DNA from: an uncultured virus (IMG/VR IMGVR_UViG_3300025875_000009)
Lineage: Duplodnaviria > Heunggongvirae > Uroviricota > Caudoviricetes
Strand: one strand, 5' to 3'
IMG/VR virus record: IMGVR_UViG_3300025875_000009
Length of the DNA: 64,000 nucleotides
Part shown: positions 28,429-37,777 of the stretch, piece by piece
Numbering within the stretch: the first letter of the stretch is position 1
Layout of the letters: each line of letters opens with the position of its first letter
Notes under the pieces: generated by a model
What the model was told of the DNA's origin: nothing
Seen by the model: the letters and a program-made list of their open reading frames with translations, nothing else
The model's database searches: none
Position numbers and translations under genes: made by a program

Positions 28429-30801
28429 TTATGCGGCGCTCTTGAAGTCGATCGGGCACGCGCCACTCGCGCAATCGACATGCTCACGGCCGATGTCCTC
28501 TTCCATCTGCTCCGCGATGGCGCGGGCGACGGCTTCGAACTGGGCCTTGGTGACTGGTTCCTCGGGGAGATATTCGTAGGCCGACGAGCCCGCGTCGGTC
28601 TGCGGCATCACCGAGCAGGCACGAACGACGGCCTGATTGGTGGTCAGCGTGTCGAGGAACTGGTCATACGACGTGTCCTCGAACTTGTACTTCAGCGTGT
28701 AGCTGATCTGACCGCCGTGGCGTTCCTCGCCGGGCCGAGCTTCCTGACCGGCAACGTACTCGCTGACCGAGCCGCCTTCGATCCAGAAGAACTCGCCCAG
28801 CTTGAGCCAGTCGTATTGCTCCTGCGGCGTCGCATCGCCGGCCAACACGAGCTTGTCGCCCATGCCGAGCGTGGCGATCGTCGGCTCCGTCGGGAAGCCC
28901 ACGATGGTCGTGCCCTGATAGGTCTGCAGTTCGCGGGTCGGATAGCCCTTGGCCCGGTATTCGGCAACCTGCGGGGCGTCGTTGCGGAACTGCACCCAGC
29001 GCAGGTAGTAGGCCATCGCCGGCAGATGCCAGCCCTCCGACAGACCGAACAGCTTGCTGGTCGTGCCGGCCGGCTTGATCGTGGTGACCGTGTGCGGCCG
29101 GCTGACGCCCAGCTTGTCGGCGTAGTCGAAGGCGGCGCGCATCGTGTTGCGGCCGTAATGACCTTGGAACTCCCAGAAGGCCGCGGCGCGCACGCCCTCG
29201 TCCTCGACCTGCATCAGGTCGCGGATCAGCTGCATCGGGTCGACAAAGGGCAGATAGGTGGCGGCGAGGTTCATGTACCGATCGAACGCCGGGCGCACCA
29301 GCGCGCGGAAGCCGACGCGGAAGAACTTCCACGCGAACTCATGGACACCGGTCTGGCCGACGCCGATGCGGTTGGTCCGCTGCGTCTCCTTGCCGTACAG
29401 GTTGTCCATCAGGTTCACGCGGATCAGCGCGCGCGCCGAGTGGCCGCCGGCATCCAGCACCTCGTCCAGTGTCTCGGCGTGGAAGGGGACGTTGTCCGCG
29501 ATCACGCAATAGCCGCCGTAATTGGCGAGCGGGATCTCGCCGCAGGGGTTGACGATCGTGTAATACTTCTTGCCAGCGGCGCGCTTGGCGATCGCGGCGA
29601 GCAGGATGCGGCTCTCGTCCATCACCTGATACCGCTTCGAGCCGACGAAGCTGCCGTCGAGCAGCGACTGCTGGCCGCGCTCCTTCTGCGTCAGCTGGTC
29701 GAGGTTGAGATACCCCGGCTCGCCGGTGCCGTCAGCGTAGGCGCACTCGCTGGCGAGGCGGTGGACCTCACGAGCGTGGCGCGTCATCTCGCTGTTGTAG
29801 CCCTGATCGCCGGGCGTCAGGGCGAGGCGACGCCAGAAGTCCGCGTCGACGCCAATCGAATTGTTCGACGACCACAGGAACGGGAAGGGCAGGTTGCCCT
29901 CGGCCTTGCGGGCGATGATGCCGTCGAGGTCGAGGCCGGCCAGCTCCAGCGGGCGCTTGACGGTAATGAACTGCAGCACGCTCTTGTCGCGCCACGTCTT
30001 CACCGCCATCCGGGCCGCGCGGCGCGCGCCGCCGACCAGCACCGGCTCGGCGAGATAGTGGTCGACGTACATCGCCTGCTTCCAGCGCGGCATGCCCGCG
30101 CCCTTGAGCGTAGCGATCTTGTGCAGCGCGTCCATCATCGGCTTCGGACCCGACGACGGGCGACCCTGCATGCCCATAATGGGCGAACCCTTCGGGCGGA
30201 CGCCCGAGAAATTCAGAACTAGCAGGTGGTCACGGAACGCCTTCTGGAACGCCATCGTCTCGATGCGCTCGATCGCCATGCCCCAGCCCTCCCGGCTGTC
30301 CGGCACGTCGAACCAGTGGACGTTCTCGCCCTGCCCGTATTTGTGCTGGGCGTCGCGCAGGCTCTCGTCCGCGCCCCAGACGTAATCGGCGTGCGTCTCG
30401 TCGAGCACGCAGCGGACGGTGGGCATGTCGTCCCAGTTCACGACCATCATGTCGTCGTCATAGGAACGACCGACGCCCGACCCGTTCAGGAGAAGGTAGA
30501 AGAGGAGGAACGACGCCGCGCTGGTCGAGCAGTTCGAGAAGACTTCGAGATTGCGACCGGGCTGGTCGGCGTCGCCGTGCTGGAGGTGGCGACCGCTCAT
30601 CAGGATCGTGGCGGTGCGAAGGTGGTTGCGGAAGCCGGCGAGGTCAGCCTGGCCGGTCGGGTGCATCAGGGTGTTGCCAAGGGAAACGCGGTCGGCGACG
30701 TCGCCCCAGTCTTCGCCGGGGCGAAGGATCGTTCGGTCTGCAACCGCCTTACCCATGCCGGGGTGGAAGGAACGGGCGGGTGCAAGCATGTCGGTTGGCA
30801 T
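28429..30801 (-). CDS. nrdJ: Class II (adenosylcobalamin-dependent) ribonucleotide reductase
   Basis: FSNC, NPCGEI, TTIKPAGTTS, C-terminal CASGACP; no beta-subunit gene in window. Confidence 0.85.
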   Translation of the reverse strand: MPTDMLAPARSFHPGMGKAVADRTILRPGEDWGDVADRVSLGNTLMHPTGQADLAGFRNHLRTATILMSGRHLQHGDADQPGRNLEVFSNCSTSAASFLLFYLLLNGSGVGRSYDDDMMVVNWDDMPTVRCVLDETHADYVWGADESLRDAQHKYGQGENVHWFDVPDSREGWGMAIERIETMAFQKAFRDHLLVLNFSGVRPKGSPIMGMQGRPSSGPKPMMDALHKIATLKGAGMPRWKQAMYVDHYLAEPVLVGGARRAARMAVKTWRDKSVLQFITVKRPLELAGLDLDGIIARKAEGNLPFPFLWSSNNSIGVDADFWRRLALTPGDQGYNSEMTRHAREVHRLASECAYADGTGEPGYLNLDQLTQKERGQQSLLDGSFVGSKRYQVMDESRILLAAIAKRAAGKKYYTIVNPCGEIPLANYGGYCVIADNVPFHAETLDEVLDAGGHSARALIRVNLMDNLYGKETQRTNRIGVGQTGVHEFAWKFFRVGFRALVRPAFDRYMNLAATYLPFVDPMQLIRDLMQVEDEGVRAAAFWEFQGHYGRNTMRAAFDYADKLGVSRPHTVTTIKPAGTTSKLFGLSEGWHLPAMAYYLRWVQFRNDAPQVAEYRAKGYPTRELQTYQGTTIVGFPTEPTIATLGMGDKLVLAGDATPQEQYDWLKLGEFFWIEGGSVSEYVAGQEARPGEERHGGQISYTLKYKFEDTSYDQFLDTLTTNQAVVRACSVMPQTDAGSSAYEYLPEEPVTKAQFEAVARAIAEQMEEDIGREHVDCASGACPIDFKSAA

Positions 30802-30887
30802 CAGGTTCTCCGTGACAAAAGGAGGACCGGTGTAGCGAGCCGCTGGCCGGCTCGCCACGCCAATCGACGGAGTTACCCGGCAATGCG

Positions 30888-31082
30888 TTATGCGGTGGAC
30901 TTCGGTTGCGGCCCGTGCCGGGCGATGAAGGATGCGATGCGTCGGTTCACCGCCTCGCTGCTGGTCGGCAACATGTCGCGGAGCTTCTCAACGGTGTGCA
31001 GCACCATGCCAGGCAGGTGCTTGTTGGCGTTGAACTTGAGCATTTCGTGCCAGTAAGCGGCACCCTGTTCGTAGAGGATCAT
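30888..31082 (-). CDS. Hypothetical protein
   Basis: 64 aa, AGGAG SD, ATGA coupling. Confidence 0.5.
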   Translation of the reverse strand: MILYEQGAAYWHEMLKFNANKHLPGMVLHTVEKLRDMLPTSSEAVNRRIASFIARHGPQPKSTA

Positions 31083-31540
31083 AAGTCTAGCAGCTCCTTC
31101 ATAAGCGTCTTGAAGTCTTTACCGGTGAGACTTGCAAGTCGCTCCAACTCACTCAACTTCCAGTCGTAAGCGTTATACACATTCCCCTTTGCATCTTTCG
31201 AACTGGCTTTGGTTTGAGCTTTCTGCGTAACCCCAGTGTGGAAGGCGATTTCTACCGGATGAAGTCGTTTTCGATCGGTAAGACGAACGAGGATAGTTCC
31301 CAGCTTCATTCGGAGCGCGGCGGTCGCACGGGTCAGGCCGAATGGCATCTCCGGGGTGGAGCCTTCGCCAGCGTTCAGCCCGTGCTCGGCGGCGAGCCGG
31401 CGGCGTTCGCGCTTCGCATAGTCCTCTTCCACACCGATGCGGGCTGCGATCGCCTTGACGGAAAGCCCGTCTCGGATCGCCTCAAGCAGGAGATCGTCGC
31501 GTGCCTTGATCGCAGCTGCCCGCTCGTCGGCTGTGTGCAT
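31079..31540 (-). CDS. Putative HTH DNA-binding protein
   Basis: DGLSVKAIAARIGVEEDYAKRERRRL; lower-GC 3' half. Confidence 0.55.
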   Translation of the reverse strand: MHTADERAAAIKARDDLLLEAIRDGLSVKAIAARIGVEEDYAKRERRRLAAEHGLNAGEGSTPEMPFGLTRATAALRMKLGTILVRLTDRKRLHPVEIAFHTGVTQKAQTKASSKDAKGNVYNAYDWKLSELERLASLTGKDFKTLMKELLDL

Positions 31541-31541
31541 G

Positions 31542-32276
31542 TCATCCCTCTACATAGCGCCGGCCGGTGCCGTGTGCCTGGATCTGAATGGAGACGCGCG
31601 CCTTGGCGCTGGTGCCCATGCAGGCCTTGCAGTCGATGCACTCGGTCTTCTGACCAGCTTCGTGCGACGCCGGGCAGACAATCTCGACGCCCTTGATAGC
31701 AACTTCTCCGATCGGCGTCACGCGGAAGGTGCGATAGCCGAGCGCATGAGCGTCAGCCATGTCGGTCAGGCTGTCAGCCGAGGCCATGACCAGCGGGTGC
31801 CACGTCGCGGCGTCGATCGTGCGCCACTGGTGCGTATAGCCGGTCCAGCCTTTCGCGGTGGCGACCAGTGCCTTCCACATGTCGGCCGGGGCGGCGGCAG
31901 GATCGCCGTAGGTGCCGAGCCGAACCATGCGGTCGGCGACAGCAGCGCGCGGGTCAAGATCGTCGGCGCTGGCATAGCTGCCGCGCTTGTACGCCGCCCA
32001 CACGCCGCGCGGGCCGTGCATCAGCGTGACATAGCAGCTGCGCTCCTTGCCGGTGCCGTCGCCGCGGTGGACGCAGCCGCCACACACGCTGGCGTCGTCG
32101 CCGCTGCGCACCGCGTCAATCGGCGGCAGATCGCTGCGCAGGATATAGGTCTGGATCATCGCGCCGGTCTTGACGTTCGTCGAGCCGGTGCGGATGCCGG
32201 TCGCGATGACCACGATAGGCGCGCCGTCGAGCATCGACGGACCCTCATACAGGATTACTCCGTTCGCCTGTGCCAT
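31542..32276 (-). CDS. Cys-rich phage protein of unknown function
   Basis: AGGAG SD; CGGC.HR..CYV, RLGTYGDP, TGYTHQW, CPA...CIDCKAC. Confidence 0.65.
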   Translation of the reverse strand: MAQANGVILYEGPSMLDGAPIVVIATGIRTGSTNVKTGAMIQTYILRSDLPPIDAVRSGDDASVCGGCVHRGDGTGKERSCYVTLMHGPRGVWAAYKRGSYASADDLDPRAAVADRMVRLGTYGDPAAAPADMWKALVATAKGWTGYTHQWRTIDAATWHPLVMASADSLTDMADAHALGYRTFRVTPIGEVAIKGVEIVCPASHEAGQKTECIDCKACMGTSAKARVSIQIQAHGTGRRYVEG

Positions 32277-32286
32277 GTTAGTTCTC

Positions 32287-32568
32287 CTAGAAAAGTTCGA
32301 TTGAGCGAAGCCGCCCGCAATCAAAGGTGAGCGTCATCCGACGACGCTCGTTATAGACGTCGGCGCTGCCACTGAACGTCGTGGATCGGAAGCGCACACC
32401 TTCGCCCATGAAATCGGTATCCTGTACGACCAGCCGACCGTCACTGGTGACGCGATAGTAGTCGAGGTTGCAGTCCATCGACTTCGACTGGTATTCGTCC
32501 AGCGGGTCGGTGCGGTGAAGGTCCGGCAGCTCGATGTTGTCGAGCCGCATGGTGTCGAACATGCCCAT
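32287..32568 (-). CDS. Hypothetical protein (MGMFD-type)
   Basis: AAGGA SD; MGMFD...YQSKSMDC. Confidence 0.6.
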   Translation of the reverse strand: MGMFDTMRLDNIELPDLHRTDPLDEYQSKSMDCNLDYYRVTSDGRLVVQDTDFMGEGVRFRSTTFSGSADVYNERRRMTLTFDCGRLRSIELF

Positions 32569-32580
32569 GCTATGTCCTTG

Positions 32581-32610
32581 AAATGAAAGAGGCCGCCCGA
32601 AGGCGGCCTC
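32581..32610 (-). terminator. Intrinsic terminator with UUCG loop
   Basis: Minus strand GAGGCCGCC-TTCG-GGCGGCCTC then TTTCATTT. Confidence 0.85.
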
Positions 32611-32633
32611 AAGTTTTGATCGGGTTTTGATCG

Positions 32634-32879
32634 TCAGGCGTGGACGCGGACGATCTCGGTCGCCTCGTGCGGCACACCGTTGTCGTCCAGCTCGGCCTTG
32701 TCGAGCGCGACGGTCGCGCCCTTCTTGACCTCGACGCCGTCCTTGACGGGGACGGTGTACATGCGGCCCTCGGACAGCTCGATCACGGCTGCGCCAATGT
32801 CAGGCTTCAGGTCCACGACCTTGAACTTGTTCTCGGGCTTGGGGTTGGGGTTGGGGGTCGGTGCGGGGGTGTCGGCCAT
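32634..32879 (-). CDS. Hypothetical protein
   Basis: AAGGAG SD; Pro/Asn-rich N-terminus. Confidence 0.6.
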   Translation of the reverse strand: MADTPAPTPNPNPKPENKFKVVDLKPDIGAAVIELSEGRMYTVPVKDGVEVKKGATVALDKAELDDNGVPHEATEIVRVHA

Positions 32880-33195
32880 CGTCTGCTCCTTCGTTGCGCG
32901 GGTGGAAAACGAGCTGGCCCCGGATAACGCGCCGGCCACCAACCAGGTGGCGCTCCTTGCGGAGCTTCATGCAGCGCGCCCGCAGCCAGTCGTCACGCCA
33001 GCGCAGCGATACCGAGAACATGCCGTCGCGTCTAGCGATGAACATGATCTTCTCCGGTGTCATCTGCGCCTTGCGCTTCTCCTCGAACACCCGATTGTAG
33101 CTCACTTGGTGAGCAGCCATGCGAGGAAGACGACGAGGCCCATTATGACGAGATAGCACCACCACGGCATAGCCGGTTCGTCGCAGGGGCGGCGC

Positions 33196-34335
33196 TCAGT
33201 CATTGCGTCCCTCCAGCTGGATGTCGACGACCACGGGGAACCGCGGCACGCCGTCCGGCGAACGCATGAAGTAGCGGACGGTGGCCGTGGACTTGTCGGT
33301 CACGACTGCACCCATCAGCGCCTTGCCGGCGGCGTAGCTGCCGCGGATGCCCGCGCCGAACTCGCCGCACTCGCCCCCGTCATTCTGCAGGATCGCGCGC
33401 TTGATCGCGCCGGCCCAATTGCCCTTGCCCTCTTCGAGGCGCAGGAGCTTGAACTCCTTGGTGATGAAGTCCTTCATCTTGAGCAGGCCCTTCGAGCGTC
33501 GACCCAGCTCGTATTCGTAGCCGTCAGGGGCGAAGATGCCGCCCTCGTAACCGTTGCCGATCGCCTCGCCGTAGGCCTGCCGCAGCTCCAGCTCGCTGGT
33601 GATGCGCTCGCCCATGACGACGTGGACCCAGCCCAGCGGCACGTCGGTGTCACGCAGGATGTCCCACGCCTGCCGCTTGCGCTCGCCGCGGTTGCCTGTG
33701 CCGGTCACGAGGTCGTAGATGTGGTACTGCATGATCTTCTCGGCCGCCGCGAATTGGTCGGCGGTCGGATTCTTCTTGCGGACGATCGAGCTGATCGCGC
33801 CGAAGTCCTCGCGCAGGTCATGGTTGTACAGCTCGCCGTCGAAGATGGCGTCGGGGTAGCGTTCAAACGCCGGAGTCAGCACGGCGTGTAGGTGGGGGAC
33901 GGCGACGATCGGTTGACCCTGCCGCGTCCACAACCCGTTGATGTCGGCGATGCAGCGGATGCCGTCGAATTTGGGATCGAACGTGCCCGCGCCGGGGAAC
34001 TTGTCGTAGGTCTTGGCGAGCATCGGCTCGATCATCTTGGCCGTGCCGACCGTGTCGGGGCTGTCGTGATACTCGCGATCGAGCTGGTGCTTCACGGCCG
34101 CGCGCACCTCGAACTCGCCCTGATCGGCGCTGGTCGCCTGCGATTTGGGCAAAGGCATGGTCCAGCCGCTGGTCGCCTGTTTGCCGTCGGCGAGGCCCGC
34201 GAGGGTGCGGTAGCCGCCAGTCTCGTATTCGAGCTGCATGCACCACGTCCGCAGCTTGCCGAGGCTATCGAGCTTGTAGAGGGTGGGCGTCTGTCCAACG
34301 CCGGGGATACCGCTGTCGATAAAATCGAAGCTCAT
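33196..34335 (-). CDS. ATP-dependent DNA ligase
   Basis: PMLA, KFDGIRC, FDGELY, YHIYD, GYEG, LLKMK, VPRFP. Confidence 0.9.
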   Translation of the reverse strand: MSFDFIDSGIPGVGQTPTLYKLDSLGKLRTWCMQLEYETGGYRTLAGLADGKQATSGWTMPLPKSQATSADQGEFEVRAAVKHQLDREYHDSPDTVGTAKMIEPMLAKTYDKFPGAGTFDPKFDGIRCIADINGLWTRQGQPIVAVPHLHAVLTPAFERYPDAIFDGELYNHDLREDFGAISSIVRKKNPTADQFAAAEKIMQYHIYDLVTGTGNRGERKRQAWDILRDTDVPLGWVHVVMGERITSELELRQAYGEAIGNGYEGGIFAPDGYEYELGRRSKGLLKMKDFITKEFKLLRLEEGKGNWAGAIKRAILQNDGGECGEFGAGIRGSYAAGKALMGAVVTDKSTATVRYFMRSPDGVPRFPVVVDIQLEGRND

Positions 34336-34369
34336 TGACTTGCCTTTCGCTAGAGAATACTACGCTCGA

Positions 34370-34855
34370 ATGGAGATTATATCACGACCCGATGCGGCAG
34401 TTCAAGGACTGCCGCGGTTCTTCACCGGACAGCCGTGTCGCTCCGGTCACACCGTCGAGCGATCGACGAAGACCGGGGTGTGCATCGCCTGCACCAAGGT
34501 GCGGAACGAGGCACGGATCTCCGCCGACCCCGAGGCGCACGCGCGGCGCGCCCGAGAGTGGCAGCAGGCGAACCCGGAGCGGAACCGGGCGCAGAAACTG
34601 CGCTGGCACCGCCGCCGGAAATACGGCGTTGAAGCCACTGACGTGGAGCGGCTGGAACGGGAGCAGAAGGGCGTCTGCCCCGGCTGCACCAAGCCGCTCG
34701 ACCACGCTGGCACACCGCATCTGGACCACGATCATGCGACCGGCGCGGTGCGCGGGTTGCTGTGTGGTCCGTGTAACCTCACCCTCGGCTATGCCTTCGA
34801 CGATGCTGCTACGATGCGGCGACTGGCTTCCTACCTAGATCGCTCGTCTCCATGA
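34370..34855 (+). mobile_element. Free-standing EndoVII-type homing endonuclease gene
   Basis: MEIISRPDAA..GLPRFFTG.PC..GH; HLDHDHATGAVRGLLCGPCN. Confidence 0.9.
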
Positions 34856-34995
34856 CCGACGGCGAAGATCGCCGTCGGTGAAGTTGTGGGTCATGTGACC
34901 CCGGTTGATGTACCAGTTGATCCACGGCCCGATCGCCTTCGGCACGCGGTGCTTGAACACCATGCCGCCGGCATAGACCTTGCCGAACTGGCCGC

Positions 34996-35496
34996 TCACG
35001 CGCCGGCCGCTGCGGCGGTGATCGCTGCCATGCGGGCGGCGACCTTCTCGTTGATGATCTTGGCGGTCTGGACGTTGACGGCGTAGTCGACCTGCCGTTC
35101 GATGCGCTCGGCCATGTCGGCCAGCTTCTCTTCGACGCGGGTGTTGACGGTCGTGGCCATCGCCGCCGACAGCTGGCGCTCGACCTCCTTGTCGACCATG
35201 TCCTGAAATTCAGGGGTCAACTTGAAGGTGTAGGCGTAGCCCGGCGGCTTCATCGCGATGCGGGAGTTGAGCAGCTTGGTGACGCGGTTCTCGAACTCGG
35301 TCGCCTCGGCCATCGCGTCAAGTGCCGCCTTCATCAGCTCGGGGTTGGCGGCCGTGATGATCTTGGCCACGTCCTTGTCGATGAACTTGCGCAGCACCTC
35401 GCTGATGACGTTGCGCTGCAGCTCGTACTTGAAATCGGGGTCGCTCTCGATCAGCGCGGCGACGGCCGGGCGGTCGAGACGGATGGTGATGCTCAT
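34996..35496 (-). CDS. Hypothetical helical protein
   Basis: 166-aa ORF, AAGGA SD, phage-typical codon bias. Confidence 0.6.
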   Translation of the reverse strand: MSITIRLDRPAVAALIESDPDFKYELQRNVISEVLRKFIDKDVAKIITAANPELMKAALDAMAEATEFENRVTKLLNSRIAMKPPGYAYTFKLTPEFQDMVDKEVERQLSAAMATTVNTRVEEKLADMAERIERQVDYAVNVQTAKIINEKVAARMAAITAAAAGA

Positions 35497-35562
35497 AAAC
35501 TTTCATCCTTTTGATTTTTCGGGAAAATCCCCAATTTTAATTTTCAGGGTTTTTGGAAAGTT

Positions 35563-35823
35563 CTAAGAACTCACCTGCTTGCTGTTCATGATGAGCAGCA
35601 GGCCCCTGTCGTCCTCCACGACATACCGTCGCTCGCCGCTCAGCTTCTCGACCTCGGCGATGATCTGCCCGTCGAACTGGTAATCGCCGCCGCGCTTCTT
35701 GACCGCACGGCCCAATGGGACCGTCGGGAGCGCGGCCATTAGCATTTCGCGGTCGTCGGCGTGGAGATAGTCGGAGCTGCGATTGTCCAGCAGCTCCTTC
35801 ACGGCATCGTAGAGGCTACGCAT
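35563..35823 (-). CDS. Hypothetical protein with C-terminal SH3-like module
   Basis: LGRAVKKRGGDYQFDGQII...RYVVED. Confidence 0.55.
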   Translation of the reverse strand: MRSLYDAVKELLDNRSSDYLHADDREMLMAALPTVPLGRAVKKRGGDYQFDGQIIAEVEKLSGERRYVVEDDRGLLLIMNSKQVSS

Positions 35824-36154
35824 TGGGTTTCTTCCGATATTGTTGCTGGGCGTCGATCGACCGGGCGCTGTGGAAGCCGGCCAGCTCGGCACCCATACGG
35901 TCCTTGGCCTGGCTGATGCAGGGCGCACCGGGCAGGGCTTGGCAGGTGGGGCAAGGCACCTCTCGGGTCTTGCGATCGGTGAACTCGCGAGGCATCGCAC
36001 CGCCCGTCTCACGGTCGTTCTGCCAAGCAGGCTGCATCTTGTGGATGCCGTAACCGCGCGATCGAAAGTCGTCGCCATTCGGGATCACGTCGCGCAGCTC
36101 GCGCGGCTTGGGGTTGTCCGCCGCGATCTGACGGTAATAGTCATCCATCGGCAT
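35816..36154 (-). CDS. Zinc-finger-like hypothetical protein
   Basis: CPTC.A.PG.PC...H..R. Confidence 0.55.
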   Translation of the reverse strand: MPMDDYYRQIAADNPKPRELRDVIPNGDDFRSRGYGIHKMQPAWQNDRETGGAMPREFTDRKTREVPCPTCQALPGAPCISQAKDRMGAELAGFHSARSIDAQQQYRKKPNA

Positions 36155-36416
36155 CGCCGAGTCCTATCGTCGGGTATTGATGTTCAATTTGAACAACGAG
36201 GTTGTCATCGGCATCGACCCACCATTTGCCAAGGTCTAGCGTCGTGCCTCGGCCGTCACACGCAGTGACTTGGCCGTCGCGGTGCGCCGTGATGCTCCAA
36301 GAAGGCATCCCCGGAAGATAGTCGCCGAACACTGACCAAGTCGCGTTGATGGCCCAGTCGGATGCCCGCTGCTCAGGTGTCGGTGTTGGAATTGAGAAAT
36401 GCTTCTTCATCCCCAT
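36141..36416 (-). CDS. Hypothetical protein
   Basis: GGAG SD; ORF in operon. Confidence 0.45.
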   Translation of the reverse strand: MGMKKHFSIPTPTPEQRASDWAINATWSVFGDYLPGMPSWSITAHRDGQVTACDGRGTTLDLGKWWVDADDNLVVQIEHQYPTIGLGDADG

Positions 36417-37093
36417 GTCTCCGCCATTGCTTTTGCGATGCCAGGAAAGGTGCGGCTGCGCTCCTTCCAGCGGTTCGGGCCGGGCGATTGATTGTGGATC
36501 ACCGACCACCGCTTGTGCTCCGGCGTGCCGGGCTTGGGTGGGATCAGCGCGGTGTCAGGTTTCTTGAGTGGCGACAGACCTTTGAGCGTGAAGCCGGTGG
36601 CCTTGAACGCCTCATCGCCGAACCACCAAGGCTGAACAAAGTGGGTGCTCATGCCATTCATCGCGCCGTGCAGGATGTGCTCGATCGCGGCGCGGCCGTG
36701 CTTGTGCATGACCGGGTTCTCGACGGCGACCTTGGGGATCGGCGCGAGCAGCAGCTTGGCGAAGAAGTTGGCGCCGGCTTCCATGTCGCGCCAGCGCGGT
36801 TCGTTACGCTCGACCCGCACGTCATCGTATTGCGTGCTTTCGTGCGAGGCGTAGCACGGCACCTCGCGATACAACCACCGCGCGCCGCTGTTGGCGAGAT
36901 AGGTGCAGGGCGGGTGGGCGATCATCAGATCCCACGGCCCGAAGCGGGTGATGATGTTGAACACGTCGCCGACCATGTGGTGCGGGCTATCGTCCTCGCT
37001 GGGCAGCAGATCGCAGCTCAGGACGTCGTGACCGCGGCGGCGGAAAGCCTCGCGGGTGCGCCCGCTGTATTCGCAGGCAATCAGCACTCTCAT
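36407..37093 (-). CDS. DNA cytosine-C5 methyltransferase-like protein
   Basis: MRVLIACEYSG, SCDLLP, DLMIAHPPCT (PC), VENPV, QPWWFG, RSRTFPGIAKAMAE.WG. Confidence 0.7.
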   Translation of the reverse strand: MRVLIACEYSGRTREAFRRRGHDVLSCDLLPSEDDSPHHMVGDVFNIITRFGPWDLMIAHPPCTYLANSGARWLYREVPCYASHESTQYDDVRVERNEPRWRDMEAGANFFAKLLLAPIPKVAVENPVMHKHGRAAIEHILHGAMNGMSTHFVQPWWFGDEAFKATGFTLKGLSPLKKPDTALIPPKPGTPEHKRWSVIHNQSPGPNRWKERSRTFPGIAKAMAETWG

Positions 37094-37247
37094 ATTCCGA
37101 TCCTCTTGCACTTGGGCCAGGTCCACAGCTGCCGGAGCGACACCCCGGAGCTGCGGAGGGCGAGTTTCACGGCCTCCTTGCCGGTGCCGGCCCTGACGTT
37201 GCCGGGCGGCAGGCCAGAGCCGGGCAGTTCGACCCGGTAGAGCGGCA

Positions 37248-37484
37248 TCAGCCCGGCCGGCGCAGGTCGGCAAGGGCGCGGGTCAGGTCCATGCTGGCGC
37301 GCTTCACCGCGCCGCTGTCCTTGGGGAAGTCCTGATAGTATTTCCGCTCGTGCGGAGCGTGGACCTTGGCGTTGGCCTCGTCCACGTTGCGACGGTCGAG
37401 CGTCTTGACGCGCTTCAGTCGCTTGGCCTTGTCGAGGAAGCGTTCGGCTTCCTCGATCGCGGTGGTCAGGGTGTCCATGTTCAT
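37248..37484 (-). CDS. Hypothetical protein
   Basis: AIEEAERFL...GAVKRASMDLTRALADLR. Confidence 0.55.
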   Translation of the reverse strand: MNMDTLTTAIEEAERFLDKAKRLKRVKTLDRRNVDEANAKVHAPHERKYYQDFPKDSGAVKRASMDLTRALADLRRPG

Positions 37485-37777
37485 CGGATCAGCTCCACAT
37501 CTTTGGGCTGGAGGTTGACGACCTCAACGTCGTCATCGGAATAGAGCGTGAGGCTGTCATTCATCCGCTCATAGTGGAGCGAACCGGTCAGCCACAGGTA
37601 GCGGACACGCTTGCCGTCAAGGTCCGAGGCGGTCGCATCGCGCTCGCCGGTGCCCTCGCAATCCTCGCAGTCGACATCCTCGCGGTCAGGGTCGTTGCCG
37701 TGGGTGTGCCCGGCGCGCACCGAGCGGTCGGATATGACTTGGCCGTGGCCGTCGCAGGTTTCACACGGGACGCGCAT
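37481..37777 (-). CDS. DnaJ-type zinc-finger protein
   Basis: CETCDGHG and CEDCEGTG (CxxCxGxG twice). Confidence 0.6.
   Translation of the reverse strand: MRVPCETCDGHGQVISDRSVRAGHTHGNDPDREDVDCEDCEGTGERDATASDLDGKRVRYLWLTGSLHYERMNDSLTLYSDDDVEVVNLQPKDVELIR

Noticed and set aside
15895..30801. Inteins or group I introns in polymerase, helicase or nrdJ
   Set aside because: ORFs are continuous, with no intein terminal motifs or embedded endonuclease.
32838..32870. GGGGTT repeats as a telomere-like or G-quadruplex element
   Set aside because: Explained by Pro-Asn/Pro-Thr codons of the 32634..32879 gene on the minus strand.
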